NCBI GenBank assembly: GCA_016788585.1
Contig: JAEURP010000007.1
Span: forward strand, 1-64,000
Reading direction: 5' to 3'
DNA: 64,000 nucleotides
Source: Chthonomonas sp.
Lineage (GTDB): Bacteria; Armatimonadota; Fimbriimonadia; Fimbriimonadales; Fimbriimonadaceae
Below the pieces are notes generated by a model. That model ran no database searches and had not been told where the DNA came from. It worked only from the letters and a program-made list of their open reading frames with translations. Below, in pieces: positions 47,748 to 59,175 of the stretch (its first letter is position 1; every line of letters begins with the position of its first letter). A program made the position numbers and the translations under genes.

Positions 47748-47773
47748 GCGAGCGCGACCCCCCAACCCCAAAC

Positions 47774-48142
47774 TTACCGATTCACGGTCACGCTCACACC
47801 CGCGTCCGCCGCAATGTACGAAATTGGGGGCTTTACCTTCGCCAGAGTCACGGTGCAAACTCGCACTCGCTCGTCACTCAGAAGTATGGCCTCAGCCACG
47901 CGCTGAGCGACAAACTCCATGAGGCGATGCTTGTCTTTGGTCGCGACGGACACGGTGAGCGCAGTTAACGTGCCGTAGTCAATCGTTGCGTCGAGCTCAT
48001 CGCGGTGGTTCCCATCCCCCGCCACTCGAAGATCAAGGTCTAGGGTGTAGCGATGCCCAATCTCCTGCTCCTCGGCAGAGCAACCGTGATACGCGTAGAA
48101 CTCAATCCCACGCACAAAAAGGCGATAAGAGTGGGCTTCCAT
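47774..48142 (-). CDS. folB: 7,8-Dihydroneopterin aldolase
   Basis: 122 aa; FV.GIEFYAYHG...E.E.GQ.Y..DL.L pattern of FolB. Confidence 0.8.
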   Translation of the reverse strand: MEAHSYRLFVRGIEFYAYHGCSAEEQEIGHRYTLDLDLRVAGDGNHRDELDATIDYGTLTALTVSVATKDKHRLMEFVAQRVAEAILLSDERVRVCTVTLAKVKPPISYIAADAGVSVTVNR

Positions 48143-48244
48143 TCGACAAATTGTGACACGAGGCGAATCCGGCTACAGACCCACGGACTAGAGACTCACC
48201 GCCTTTACGAGGTACAATGGCCGAAACCTCGCGAAACCGATGAC

Positions 48245-48273
48245 GGGTGGCGCTCCGCCACCCATCTTTGTTT
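48245..48273 (+). terminator. Intrinsic-terminator-like hairpin in nusA 5' leader (GGGTGGCG-ctc-CGCCACCC + ATCTTTGTTT): candidate attenuator
   Basis: Direct reading, 22 nt upstream of nusA ATG, followed by AAGAGG RBS. Confidence 0.5.
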
Positions 48274-48294
48274 AAGAGGCAGGAAGTTACGGCA

Positions 48295-49377
48295 ATGGAT
48301 ATGGTTCAACAGCTTAATCAGATCGCCATCGAGCGGGACATCCCGGTCGAGGAGTTGTTCTTAGAGCTTGAGGAGTCACTCGCTGTCGCTTACAAGAAGT
48401 ACGTTAACGTTCCCAATGAGGTCGCCGTCGAAGTCAAGATGGACCGCCAGAACCTCACGAACATGTACGTCATGAAGGAGGTCGTTGGCGAGGTCATGAA
48501 CCAGGCCTTACATGTTGATGTTAGTACCGCCCGCAAGTCGCACCCCGATGCTGAAATTGGCGGATTTGTTCCAGTCAAGGTCAAGCCAGAACTTTTCGGA
48601 CGCATTGCGGCCCAAACCTTTAAGCAGGTTTTGACGCAAAAGATGCGTGAGGCCGAGCACCGCCGCGTCACTGGTGTCTTCGCTGAAAAGCAACACGACA
48701 TCGTCACTGGAACCGTAGTTCGCCGCGAAGAGCAGAACGTTTTCATCCAAGTCGAAAAGGTCGAGGCCAAACTCCCCCGATGGGAGCAAGTGCCGACTGA
48801 GCCCTATCGAATCAACGACACTCTGAAGGTTTATGTCCTGCGGGTCGAAGACGGACGCCGGGGCCTTGAAGTCATTGTCAGCCGTACTCATCCAAACCTC
48901 CTGCGCAAGCTGTTTGAACTTGAAGTGCCTGAAATTAAGGAGGGCATTATCGAAATCAAGAGCGTCGCTCGTGAGCCGGGCCAGCGCAGCAAAGTGTCTG
49001 TCAGCACAACGGATGAGCGTATCGATGCCGTTGGCGCATGCGTCGGGCCACGAGGTAGCCGAGTTCAAGCGATTGTCGATGAACTCTTCGATGAAAAGAT
49101 CGATATCGTCCCGTTTAGCGAGGATGCGAAGACCTACATCATTAACGCTCTCAGTCCGGCGAAGGTGAACACGATCAAGCTGAATGAGGAAGATCGCTCG
49201 GCTTATGTCATCGTGCCCGACATGCAACTCAGCCTCGCCATTGGCAAAGGCGGTCAGAATGTCCGCCTTGCGGCCAAGCTGACCGAGTGGAAGATCGATA
49301 TTCGCAGTGAAGCCCAGGCCGCCGCCGAAGGTGGCGTGGCACAACCGAAAGCAGCTCCGGCGGGCGGGGAGGCATGA
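48295..49377 (+). CDS. nusA: Transcription termination/antitermination factor NusA
   Basis: N-terminal domain, S1 and tandem KH domains recognisable; ATG at 48295 preferred. Confidence 0.9.
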   Translation: MDMVQQLNQIAIERDIPVEELFLELEESLAVAYKKYVNVPNEVAVEVKMDRQNLTNMYVMKEVVGEVMNQALHVDVSTARKSHPDAEIGGFVPVKVKPELFGRIAAQTFKQVLTQKMREAEHRRVTGVFAEKQHDIVTGTVVRREEQNVFIQVEKVEAKLPRWEQVPTEPYRINDTLKVYVLRVEDGRRGLEVIVSRTHPNLLRKLFELEVPEIKEGIIEIKSVAREPGQRSKVSVSTTDERIDAVGACVGPRGSRVQAIVDELFDEKIDIVPFSEDAKTYIINALSPAKVNTIKLNEEDRSAYVIVPDMQLSLAIGKGGQNVRLAAKLTEWKIDIRSEAQAAAEGGVAQPKAAPAGGEA

Positions 49378-49383
49378 CACAGC

Positions 49384-49602
49384 GTGCCTTTACGAACCTG
49401 CATCGCATGCCGTAAGAAAGGCGAACAGGCCACACTTTTTCGTGTTCGCGCTCGGGAAACCGAAGGGCGTGGAGCTTATTCATGCCGCAACGCCGCGTGC
49501 CTCGACAAGACCTTGAAGAGGCTAGCCCAGGCCCTTCGAACGACCATCTCTCCCGAGTACCGGGCTCGACTAACAGAACAGATAAATCATGTCATCCAAT
49601 AG
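49384..49602 (+). CDS. ylxR: YlxR/DUF448 family RNA-binding protein
   Basis: PLRTCIACRKK...LFRV signature; between nusA and infB as in the canonical operon. Confidence 0.8.
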   Translation: MPLRTCIACRKKGEQATLFRVRARETEGRGAYSCRNAACLDKTLKRLAQALRTTISPEYRARLTEQINHVIQ

Positions 49603-51523
49603 CATTGCCACACTAGCCAAAGAGTTCGAAATCACGCCAGGTCAAGTCACGTCAGTACTTTCCGAATTGGGCGTTCTGTTTGATGGCGACGAGTTTGTTG
49701 CTGAGGCCGACGAACTCAGCATTATCAAAGAAACGCTCGGTGAGCAAAGGGGCCAAAAGGTGCTCGTCCTTGCTCCGGGCGCTAATGTTCGGGACATTGC
49801 TGCCTCGCTGGACAAGCAGCCCCAAGACCTGATCAAGGACCTTTTGCTTAAGCACAAGACGCCTGCCCAACTCACTACCTCCCTGGCTCCCGAAGTGGCG
49901 GAGAAACTGGCGGGGGGCTACGGGTTTAGCATCAAGTGGCAAGTCGCCGAAACAAAGACTGAGGCTCCGAAGAAGTTGATCGCCTCGACGGCGGCAGTAA
50001 AACCCATCTCTGGCGCACAGCACCGCCCCCCGGTGGTCACCATCATGGGCCACGTCGATCACGGCAAGACGTCTCTGCTTGATTACATCCGCAAGACCCG
50101 CGTCGTCGACAAGGAGCATGGCGGAATCACCCAGCACATCGGCGCTTATCAGGTCGAACTTCCAGAAGGAAAGATCACGTTTCTCGACACCCCCGGCCAC
50201 GCCGCCTTCACAGCGATGCGCGCCCGAGGGGCCCAGGTCACCGATATTGCGATCCTCGTGGTTGCCGCCGACGACGGATTGATGCCGCAAACGCTTGAGG
50301 CGATCGGCCACATCAAGGCTGCTGGCGTGCCAATGGTTATCGCCATCAACAAGATCGACAAGCCAAGTGCGAATCCTGACAAGGTGATGCAAATGCTCAT
50401 GGCGCAAGAAGTTGTGGTTGAAGCCTACGGTGGGCAAGTAGGAAGCGTCAATGTGTCGGCGCTTACCGGCGAAGGAGTTCCTGCGCTGCTTGAGCGAATC
50501 CTTCTTGAAGCCGAGTTGCTCGACCTCAAAGCCGATCCACGCGGGGACTTCCGTGGGGTCGTCATCGAGGCGAAATTGGATAAGGGACGGGGTGCGGTCG
50601 CAACCATTCTCGTTCAAGAGGGCACGCTCAAGATCAGCGATTCGATCGTAGTGGGATCGGCTTTCGGAAAGATAAAGGCGATGACCGACTACACCGGGGC
50701 AAGTATCAAGGAAGCTGGCCCAAGCGTCCCAGTGGAGATTCTCGGGCTGAACGAAGTGCCGGGAGCGGGTGACAAGGTCGAGGCGGCTGAGAACGAAAAG
50801 GTGGCTCGTGCCATTGGCGAGCAACGCGCAACAGAAGCCCGCGATAAATCGCTGATGACCGGGAAGCGCAAGATTAGTCTCGGCGACCTTCGCCGCCAAA
50901 TGGACGAGGAAGACGTCAAGAACCTCAACCTCATTGTCAAGGCGGATGTACAGGGCTCTGTCGAAGCTGTTCGCGGGCTCCTCGAAAAGGTCAAGAACGA
51001 CGAGGTCGAGGTCAAGGTCATCTACGCTGGTGTGGGGCAGCCTTCCGAGTCCGATATCTTGTTGGCCAGCGCCGCCGGTGGAATCATTGTCGGTTTCAAC
51101 GTGAAGGCTGACGCCAAGACGAAGACCGAAGCCGAGCGGGCCAAGGTTGAGATTCGTTCCTACAATGTCATTTACGAACTGATCGAGGACATCGAAGCAG
51201 CTGTAAAGGGCATGCTTGCGCCGAAGTTCGAAGAACATGGTCTCGGCACGGCAGAAATCCGCCTGGTCTTCAAGCTCACACGCGCTGGGTTCGTGGCCGG
51301 GTCCTACGTCCAAGAGGGCATGATCAAGCGAGGTGCCGAATGTCGAGTTCGTCGGGCCGGCGAAATCGTTTACACCGGAAAGATCGACTCTCTCAAACAC
51401 ATCAAACAAGACGTCCGCGAAATGACGGCGGGACAAGAGTGCGGAATTCAGTTCGAGAACTGGACCGACTTCAAAGAAGGTGACCTCGTCGAGGCCTTTG
51501 AGATGGTCCAGATTATGGATTGA
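49589..51523 (+). CDS. infB: Translation initiation factor IF-2
   Basis: GTPase domain [17 protein letters not shown]...DTPGH, C-terminal IF2 domains; operon nusA-ylxR-infB. Confidence 0.92.
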   Translation: MSSNSIATLAKEFEITPGQVTSVLSELGVLFDGDEFVAEADELSIIKETLGEQRGQKVLVLAPGANVRDIAASLDKQPQDLIKDLLLKHKTPAQLTTSLAPEVAEKLAGGYGFSIKWQVAETKTEAPKKLIASTAAVKPISGAQHRPPVVTIMGHVDHGKTSLLDYIRKTRVVDKEHGGITQHIGAYQVELPEGKITFLDTPGHAAFTAMRARGAQVTDIAILVVAADDGLMPQTLEAIGHIKAAGVPMVIAINKIDKPSANPDKVMQMLMAQEVVVEAYGGQVGSVNVSALTGEGVPALLERILLEAELLDLKADPRGDFRGVVIEAKLDKGRGAVATILVQEGTLKISDSIVVGSAFGKIKAMTDYTGASIKEAGPSVPVEILGLNEVPGAGDKVEAAENEKVARAIGEQRATEARDKSLMTGKRKISLGDLRRQMDEEDVKNLNLIVKADVQGSVEAVRGLLEKVKNDEVEVKVIYAGVGQPSESDILLASAAGGIIVGFNVKADAKTKTEAERAKVEIRSYNVIYELIEDIEAAVKGMLAPKFEEHGLGTAEIRLVFKLTRAGFVAGSYVQEGMIKRGAECRVRRAGEIVYTGKIDSLKHIKQDVREMTAGQECGIQFENWTDFKEGDLVEAFEMVQIMD

Positions 51524-51651
51524 TTAAGCTTCGCGATTGCATGAGCCTAGAGGATGTACCAGTTTTGTCGGAACTTGAGCTTTCCGGCGCACATGTTGCA
51601 GCCCGAATGCAATACAATTAGTTTCGTTCCAATCGGGATCAGGACTCGAAT

Positions 51652-52221
51652 ATGAAATCTCTATCATTTGCTTTGCTATTGGCTTTGGTGGCGGGAGCCC
51701 AAGCTCAAACGCGATCTTCGTTTACAAACGTTGGATCGATCACAGATATCGCTGTGACGAACTCAGGACTTTCCTACAATGTTTCGCTCTCTGGTACGCC
51801 AACAATCAACTACAGCGGCGACACCTACGAGATCGACTACATTGTTGGCTTCTGGGTCTTGTCCTCGACGGACATCTCGGTTTCTAACAGCGCAAGCGGT
51901 GCGTGGTCGACCAATAACAGCAATGCTGGTTCTGGCGGCATCGCTGGCTGGACAGTGAGCTACCAAAACTCACAGCGCATCGATCCGACCGAATCCAAGA
52001 CGTTTACATACAACCAGTTGAACAATGTCAACAATCGAATGTACGGCTTCTGGGTTCGCCTCGGCGATGAAGTGGGTCATGCCGACAAGAACGGTCACGG
52101 TAGCCACGCAAACTCAAAGGTGTATGTCACTGGTACCTGCGTTGTTCCTGAGCCAGGTACGATCGCAGCATTGAGTATCGGTGCAGCCGCCATGCTTCGC
52201 CGCCGACGCAAGGCCAAGTAA
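51652..52221 (+). CDS. PEP-CTERM domain secreted protein
   Basis: Signal peptide; C-terminus VVPEPGTIAALSIGAAAMLRRRRKAK = PEP motif + TM + basic tail. Confidence 0.8.
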   Translation: MKSLSFALLLALVAGAQAQTRSSFTNVGSITDIAVTNSGLSYNVSLSGTPTINYSGDTYEIDYIVGFWVLSSTDISVSNSASGAWSTNNSNAGSGGIAGWTVSYQNSQRIDPTESKTFTYNQLNNVNNRMYGFWVRLGDEVGHADKNGHGSHANSKVYVTGTCVVPEPGTIAALSIGAAAMLRRRRKAK

Positions 52222-52240
52222 TTCCTGGCGAGTAACAGAA

Positions 52241-52270
52241 GTCCGCGAGCGTTTCGCTCGCGGACTTTTT
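52241..52270 (+). terminator. Rho-independent terminator
   Basis: GTCCGCGAGCG-tttc-GCTCGCGGAC + TTTTT. Confidence 0.8.
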
Positions 52271-52361
52271 AGTCACTTTGAAAACGAGCTTTCCACAGGC
52301 ATCGTATGGCACTGGCCTACCCAAGTAAAGAAAGCTAGTATAGGTATTTCAACCTAATTTG

Positions 52362-52390
52362 TTGAGTAGGCGCAATTCTTGCGATATAAT
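52362..52390 (+). promoter_or_regulatory. Sigma-70 promoter TTGAGT-17-TATAAT for second PEP-CTERM gene
   Basis: Near-consensus hexamers with 17-nt spacer, followed by CAGGAG RBS and ATG at 52420. Confidence 0.65.
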
Positions 52391-52419
52391 GTGAATATTC
52401 CCAACAGGAGTTAATAAAG

Positions 52420-52956
52420 ATGAAGTCATTCTTTAGTGTTGTAGTACTATTAGCCAGCGCAGGCGCCTTCGCACAGAATTACAGTGCATTTTATAACGCG
52501 GGCCCAACATTTGTCGATGTCTCTGTAACAGGATTGAATCCGACCTATACGGTCAGTATCGGAGCCACTCCCACCGTTACGCTCGGCGGCACTACGTACA
52601 ATATCAAGGATGTTTTTGGCTTCTGGGTCTTGGGCGTCGATCCCGGCTCTGCGACAAATACTGCCACGGGTGTGTGGAGCCCAAATAATAACAATGCCGG
52701 TCCAAATTGGATCTTTGGCTGGAGCACGAATCCAAACACCGGTCTCACAGCCAATACGTCGAAGACGTTTACGTTCGATAGCCTTTCTGGAAATATTGAA
52801 TCGTTTGGCTTCCACGTTCGTTTGGTCGATGGTCAAGCCTATCAGGGCAATAACACGTTCTTCGTGAAGGGTTCGGCAGTGCCAGAACCAGCCACGATGG
52901 CTGCACTGGGGCTTGGGGTCGCGGCGCTGATTCGCCGCCGAAAGATCGCGAAGTAA
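52420..52956 (+). CDS. PEP-CTERM domain secreted protein (paralogue of 51652-52221)
   Basis: C-terminus AVPEPATMAALGLGVAALIRRRKIAK; shared GFWVL and Y.G...SFGFHVRL motifs with upstream paralogue. Confidence 0.8.
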   Translation: MKSFFSVVVLLASAGAFAQNYSAFYNAGPTFVDVSVTGLNPTYTVSIGATPTVTLGGTTYNIKDVFGFWVLGVDPGSATNTATGVWSPNNNNAGPNWIFGWSTNPNTGLTANTSKTFTFDSLSGNIESFGFHVRLVDGQAYQGNNTFFVKGSAVPEPATMAALGLGVAALIRRRKIAK

Positions 52957-52980
52957 AAGCTCTCTGATAATCTCCAGATA

Positions 52981-53010
52981 AGCCCACGGGTTACCGTGGG
53001 CTTATTTTTG
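52981..53010 (+). terminator. Rho-independent terminator
   Basis: AGCCCACGG-gtta-CCGTGGGCT + TATTTTTG. Confidence 0.8.
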
Positions 53011-53063
53011 TCTGACTGGCATGACCCGATTGCCTCGAATTGACGCATAATCCAACCCGGAGC

Positions 53064-53768
53064 ATGCTGCAGGTTAAAGACATCAACGTCTACTACGGGG
53101 CGATTCAAGCAATCAACAATGTGAGCTTGGAAGTTGAGAAGGGCGAAATCGTTGCGATCATCGGATCGAACGGCGCAGGGAAATCAACATTAATGAGGAC
53201 CCTCAGCGGACTGCTTCGTACTCGCAGTGGCGCGATTCGCTTTCTCGACGAGGACATTACTGATTTGGAGCCCGACGCCATCGTACGGAGGGGCATCAGC
53301 CAGTCTCCGGAAGGTCGCAAGATCTTTACAAACATGTCAGTTCACGAGAACCTGCTGATCGGTGCGACAACCCGCACGGATGCACAGGGCATTAAGGAAG
53401 ACATGGAGCATGTCCTCGAGCGATTTCCGAGGCTTCGCGAGCGGCTTAAGCAAAATGCCGGAACTCTAAGCGGAGGGGAGCAGCAAATGCTTGCGATTGG
53501 TCGAGCCCTCATGAGCCAACCCAAGCTCCTGCTCCTCGACGAACCAAGTATGGGGCTTGCGCCTAATCTGGTTGCGGAGATTTTTGACATCATCACGGAT
53601 GTGAAGGCCGAAGGCGTCACTGTTCTGGTGGTCGAGCAGAACGCCCACAAAGCTCTTGGCATCGCCGATCGTGCCTATGTTCTCGAAACGGGCTCATTGG
53701 TCCTTCAGGGCACAGGGCAAGAACTCCTCCACAGCGATAAGGTGCGCGAAGCGTACTTGGGCGGATGA
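53064..53768 (+). CDS. livF: ABC transporter ATP-binding protein, LivF-like (branched-chain amino acid type)
   Basis: MLQVKDINVYYG.IQA...GSNGAGKSTL, LSGGEQQML, LLLDEP motifs. Confidence 0.75.
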   Translation: MLQVKDINVYYGAIQAINNVSLEVEKGEIVAIIGSNGAGKSTLMRTLSGLLRTRSGAIRFLDEDITDLEPDAIVRRGISQSPEGRKIFTNMSVHENLLIGATTRTDAQGIKEDMEHVLERFPRLRERLKQNAGTLSGGEQQMLAIGRALMSQPKLLLLDEPSMGLAPNLVAEIFDIITDVKAEGVTVLVVEQNAHKALGIADRAYVLETGSLVLQGTGQELLHSDKVREAYLGG

Positions 53769-54385
53769 GACTCTTTCTGATCCGGCACGGCCAAACGGCT
53801 TGGAATGTCGAGCGACTGGCACAGGGCCATAGCGATATTCCCTTGGACGCTACTGGCGAAGACCAAGTGAGGCGCCTCGCGAAGGCATTCCATGAGCGAC
53901 GTTTGCACCGCGTGTATACGAGCGATCTCCAGAGATCCTACCGCACGGCCCTGCCGTTGTCAGAGGCTACTCGAGCCGAGCTCGTCTCGACCCCAGATCT
54001 GCGTGAACGAAGCTTCGGCGAGTGGGAAGGGAAGCCATACGAGGCCATTCGCGCTGGTGTCTTGGCAAGCGCTAGGCCGTCTCACGAATTCGTCCCGCCT
54101 GGGGGCGAGTCCATGGTGGCCGTTCGCACGAGGCTCGCCAATTGGCTATCGGGCCTGGATCTCGATCAAGGCAACTTAGCGATCGTTAGTCATGGTGGAT
54201 CTTGTTCATTATTGCTAGCGTTGCTTCTTAGGGCTGGCCCCGAGGCGAGCCGTTCATTCTCGTTTGCAAACACCGGCGTGACTGAACTCCATCGTCGCGA
54301 TGATGGCGAATTCAGAATGGTGACTTACAACTCGACCGATCACCTGCAGGAGGACCCTCGTGAAAGTTTCGGCGTCATTGGTTAG
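53765..54385 (+). CDS. Histidine phosphatase family protein (phosphoglycerate mutase-like)
   Basis: MRLFLIRHGQTAWN catalytic RHG motif; ATGA overlap with livF. Confidence 0.75.
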   Translation: MRLFLIRHGQTAWNVERLAQGHSDIPLDATGEDQVRRLAKAFHERRLHRVYTSDLQRSYRTALPLSEATRAELVSTPDLRERSFGEWEGKPYEAIRAGVLASARPSHEFVPPGGESMVAVRTRLANWLSGLDLDQGNLAIVSHGGSCSLLLALLLRAGPEASRSFSFANTGVTELHRRDDGEFRMVTYNSTDHLQEDPRESFGVIG

Positions 54386-55802
54386 GGCCTGGCCCGCCGC
54401 GCTTAGCGCACTGCTGCTCGCGCTCACCTACTGGCCGGCTAACTTAGCCCTTCTCACCTTCGTTGGCCTCGTGCCGTGGCTCTGGTCACTAAAGCAACCT
54501 GACGTGAATTGGAAGAGGAATGGCGCAATTTTTGCCCTGCTTTACTTTGCGTATCAAATGTCTTGGCTCCTCTTCTTTGCTGAGAAGTGGACCAACAGCT
54601 TCGCTCTAGCGGCTATCCCGTACACCTTCACGGTGGTCGCCCATGTGCCGTTCATAATCTTCCTCGCCTTCCTCATTCGCCGTTGCTATGAGAGGAACTG
54701 GCTTTGGGGGATTCCCTTTGTTTGGGCTTCTGTAGAGTTCATTCGCGCATCGCTTCCGTTTCTTGCCTTCCCCCATGCCCTATTGGCAACCCCTCTCGCC
54801 GTAGCGCCAAATCTGATCCAAACGGCATCGCTGGGCACGGTCTTCATGGTCTCAGCCTGGGTTGCCTTGATCAATGTCGTTTTGGTGGAGCTCTTCGATC
54901 GAGCCAATCCTCGACAGAATCTTGCCCTCGCCGGCATTGCTCTGGCGCTGGGGCTCTTCTCCGTAGATCGGCACAGCCAGTTACCCATTGCGAAAACCAA
55001 AGTTGTAACGATAGGCCAGTTGGGCGAAGATATGGCTTTTGGAAACCAAGCGACGGAAACCGCTCGGATCGCCACTGCCGTAGAAAAGACTTCAGCCGAG
55101 GCGGAGCTTCAAGGAGCCCAGTTACTGGTCATGCCCGAGGGCCTTGCGCCAGGTGGCTACGATCCCGAGAACCCCGATATTCCGTTCGCTCTCCCAAGCA
55201 TGCCATCAGTTTTCGGGCTTCAGCGAGCGTCAGATGGCAAGGTCTTTCAATCCGCCTTCGGCTTCGACGGAAAGTGGAGCCACGTCGACAAGACAAAGCT
55301 CGTTATCTTTGGTGAATACGTTCCGTTTCGAGAGATTCTTCCCGCGTTTAATCTGCCCACGCTTGACCTGCACCCGGGCTCAAAGGTTGGCACGATGACA
55401 ATTGATGGAACCAAGATCGCTCCAATGATCTGCTTCGAAGGCATGTTCTACGAAGTGGCGCAGCAACAGGCCCTAGACGGGGCGCAACTCATTGCCCTCA
55501 TGAGCATCGACGATTGGTACATGGATACCGGAATGCCCCGACAACTCTGGAATTCTGCCGTGTTTCGGTCAGTCGAGAGCGGCTTGCCATTGGTTCGGGC
55601 GGCGTCGCTTGGGTACTCGGGTTGGATCGACGCACGTGGCAATGTTCGTGCAATGCTGCCTCTTCGGGAGAGGCGGACTTTGCGGGCCGAGGTCCCCATA
55701 CCATCGGGATCGGACGCCTTTCCTTATCGCGGCTTCTTCCCCTACCTTTGCCTTCTAATATCGGCCTTCGTTTGGCTATGGCCAAGGAAAACCGGTGAGT
55801 GA
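54360..55802 (+). CDS. lnt: Apolipoprotein N-acyltransferase
   Basis: Polytopic N-terminal membrane domain plus C-terminal CN-hydrolase domain (VMPE...catalytic region); GTG start at 54360 uncertain. Confidence 0.7.
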   Translation: MKVSASLVRAWPAALSALLLALTYWPANLALLTFVGLVPWLWSLKQPDVNWKRNGAIFALLYFAYQMSWLLFFAEKWTNSFALAAIPYTFTVVAHVPFIIFLAFLIRRCYERNWLWGIPFVWASVEFIRASLPFLAFPHALLATPLAVAPNLIQTASLGTVFMVSAWVALINVVLVELFDRANPRQNLALAGIALALGLFSVDRHSQLPIAKTKVVTIGQLGEDMAFGNQATETARIATAVEKTSAEAELQGAQLLVMPEGLAPGGYDPENPDIPFALPSMPSVFGLQRASDGKVFQSAFGFDGKWSHVDKTKLVIFGEYVPFREILPAFNLPTLDLHPGSKVGTMTIDGTKIAPMICFEGMFYEVAQQQALDGAQLIALMSIDDWYMDTGMPRQLWNSAVFRSVESGLPLVRAASLGYSGWIDARGNVRAMLPLRERRTLRAEVPIPSGSDAFPYRGFFPYLCLLISAFVWLWPRKTGE

Positions 55803-56062
55803 CCTACGACGAACTCCTCGCTAAGTGCCGCGCCCTAGATGGCAAGACCCTCCAGACCAAGACCGGCAAGCCTTTTCGGGTCGGAATCTTTATGGACTGC
55901 CCATACTTCATTCCGCTAAGCACGGGCCTTGGGCGGAGCGATGGCCGCAAAGCCGCCGAGCGGTTTTTGGAGAGATGGAATCAAGGGCATAGCCCGAAGA
56001 CTTCGGACTATCGAGACGTGACAGTTAACGCCTCGTACTTCATCGGCGTGATGCTTGACTGA
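55799..56062 (+). CDS. Hypothetical protein
   Basis: 87-aa ORF, GTG start overlapping lnt stop. Confidence 0.35.
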   Translation: MTYDELLAKCRALDGKTLQTKTGKPFRVGIFMDCPYFIPLSTGLGRSDGRKAAERFLERWNQGHSPKTSDYRDVTVNASYFIGVMLD

Positions 56063-56097
56063 AAAGAGCCTCTTCGAAGTTGAAGAGGCTCTTTCCT
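56062..56097. terminator. Bidirectional rho-independent terminator between convergent genes (AAAGAGCCTCTTC-gaagtt-GAAGAGGCTCTTT)
   Basis: Perfect 13-bp inverted repeat flanked by A/T runs. Confidence 0.8.
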
Positions 56098-56117
56098 TCG
56101 AGACACGCTACCCGCGC

Positions 56118-58012
<1,895 letters not shown>

Positions 58013-58016
58013 TGCG

Positions 58017-58043
58017 TTGGCAGTATACCGCCGGGAGTGCTAA
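58017..58043. promoter_or_regulatory. Degenerate CIRCE (HrcA operator) TTGGCAGTA-N9-GAGTGCTAA immediately upstream of groES
   Basis: Right half 9/9, left half 6/9 to TTAGCACTC-N9-GAGTGCTAA; only 4 nt from groES ATG. Confidence 0.5.
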
Positions 58044-58052
58044 TAAGGCTAG

Positions 58053-58152
58053 TTTTCGGTGTTCAGTTTTCAGTGTTCGGTTTCACAGATTTCATGTTTG
58101 CGGCTCGCGTCTCCCCTCATCTCCAAACACCGAACACCGAACACCGAACACC
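58053..58152. repeat. Inverted heptamer repeats: (TTCGGTG-like)x3 ... ~40 nt ... (CACCGAA)x4, in groES upstream / GNAT upstream region
   Basis: Direct reading: ttttcggtgttcagttttcagtgttcggtttc ... aaacaccgaacaccgaacaccgaacacc. Confidence 0.85.
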
Positions 58153-58163
58153 ATAATAAACCT

Positions 58164-58763
58164 ATGCCTTGGATCGAACCCGTCACTCTCGAAGGCTCAA
58201 CCGTTCGCCTCATTCCCGCAGAACTAGCCCACGCTGAAGCGCTCCATGCAGCGTGCCCAAGCGATACCTTTGCGTACTTCGTCACGCTTCAACCCCAAGA
58301 CAGTTCGCTAGATGCTTTTCGCGATTACCTAAGCAAGCGAATTCAAGCCCTCAACATGGTCACTTTCGCTGTCCAAAATATTGAGACCGAAAGATTCATA
58401 GGAGAGACTGCGTTCATGGATATCCGCCCCGAAGCTCGCGGTCTCGAGATCGGCCTGACATGGTACGCCGAAGACTGCCGCGGAACCAAGGTCAATCCGG
58501 AATGCAAACTTCTGCTCCTGACCCATGCCTTCGAGGAATGCAACGCCCTCCGCGTGACCCTCAAGACCGACGCCCGAAACCTGCACAGCCAAGCCGCCAT
58601 CCGCAAGCTCGGCGCCCATTACGAAGGAACACTGCGACGCCATGGCATTCAGCCCAATGGCTTCATCCGTGACACTGCGTACTTCGGCATCACCGACCTC
58701 GACTGGCCGGAGGTAAAGGCAAGGATCCAGAGCCGCCTTCAATCCTTGAAGAATGCCAAATGA
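58164..58763 (+). CDS. GNAT family N-acetyltransferase (RimL/RimJ-like)
   Basis: GNAT fold signatures (…RNLHSQAAIRKLGAHYEGTLR…); ATG at 58164 after the repeat. Confidence 0.7.
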   Translation: MPWIEPVTLEGSTVRLIPAELAHAEALHAACPSDTFAYFVTLQPQDSSLDAFRDYLSKRIQALNMVTFAVQNIETERFIGETAFMDIRPEARGLEIGLTWYAEDCRGTKVNPECKLLLLTHAFEECNALRVTLKTDARNLHSQAAIRKLGAHYEGTLRRHGIQPNGFIRDTAYFGITDLDWPEVKARIQSRLQSLKNAK

Positions 58764-59167
58764 TAAGCCTCGTGGCTCACCAACCGCCAGACGAGTCGAG
58801 AAATCGTATCCGGCTTGCGATTCCACTTGCCGCTGCGGGTCCAATCGGCTTCGCGTAACGCTGTCCACTTGGCGCGGTCGGCCCGGAACTTCGCCAAGTG
58901 ATCAGCCCATTCAACCCGGGCGTAACCCTGAGCATCGAACTGCCGCCACGGATGGAGCAATGTAATACTCGGCGAGTCGCGTTCCATAAACGCTTCTGCG
59001 GCGATAAGCCACTGCTCTTGGCATGCTCGCAGATGACCAAGCGTTCGATGCCTGGATTCCTCACATCGCAGTGCGTCGGGTGCAGGTGCTTCAGGTGTCC
59101 AGGACTCGATCTGCGCGAGATGATCCCTCAAGCGCTGGAAGTAAGTTGCCCAAACCGCTTCATCCAC
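58739..59167 (-). CDS. DinB/YfiT-like (DinB_2) protein; start uncertain
   Basis: C-terminal HEAYHL motif; track ORF to 59296 would overlap the M14 gene by 120 nt, so a GTG at 59167 just below its stop is preferred. Confidence 0.4.
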   Translation of the reverse strand: MDEAVWATYFQRLRDHLAQIESWTPEAPAPDALRCEESRHRTLGHLRACQEQWLIAAEAFMERDSPSITLLHPWRQFDAQGYARVEWADHLAKFRADRAKWTALREADWTRSGKWNRKPDTISRLVWRLVSHEAYHLAFFKD

Positions 59168-59175
59168 CGAAACGG

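Noticed and set aside
47649-47858. N-terminal HTPHPTPHTPNPTPQTPHPK extension of the metH-like ORF (track start at 47858)
   Set aside because: It arises from reading through the G-rich heptamer array and overlaps the 3' end region of folB. The conserved MetH sequence starts only after ~47648.
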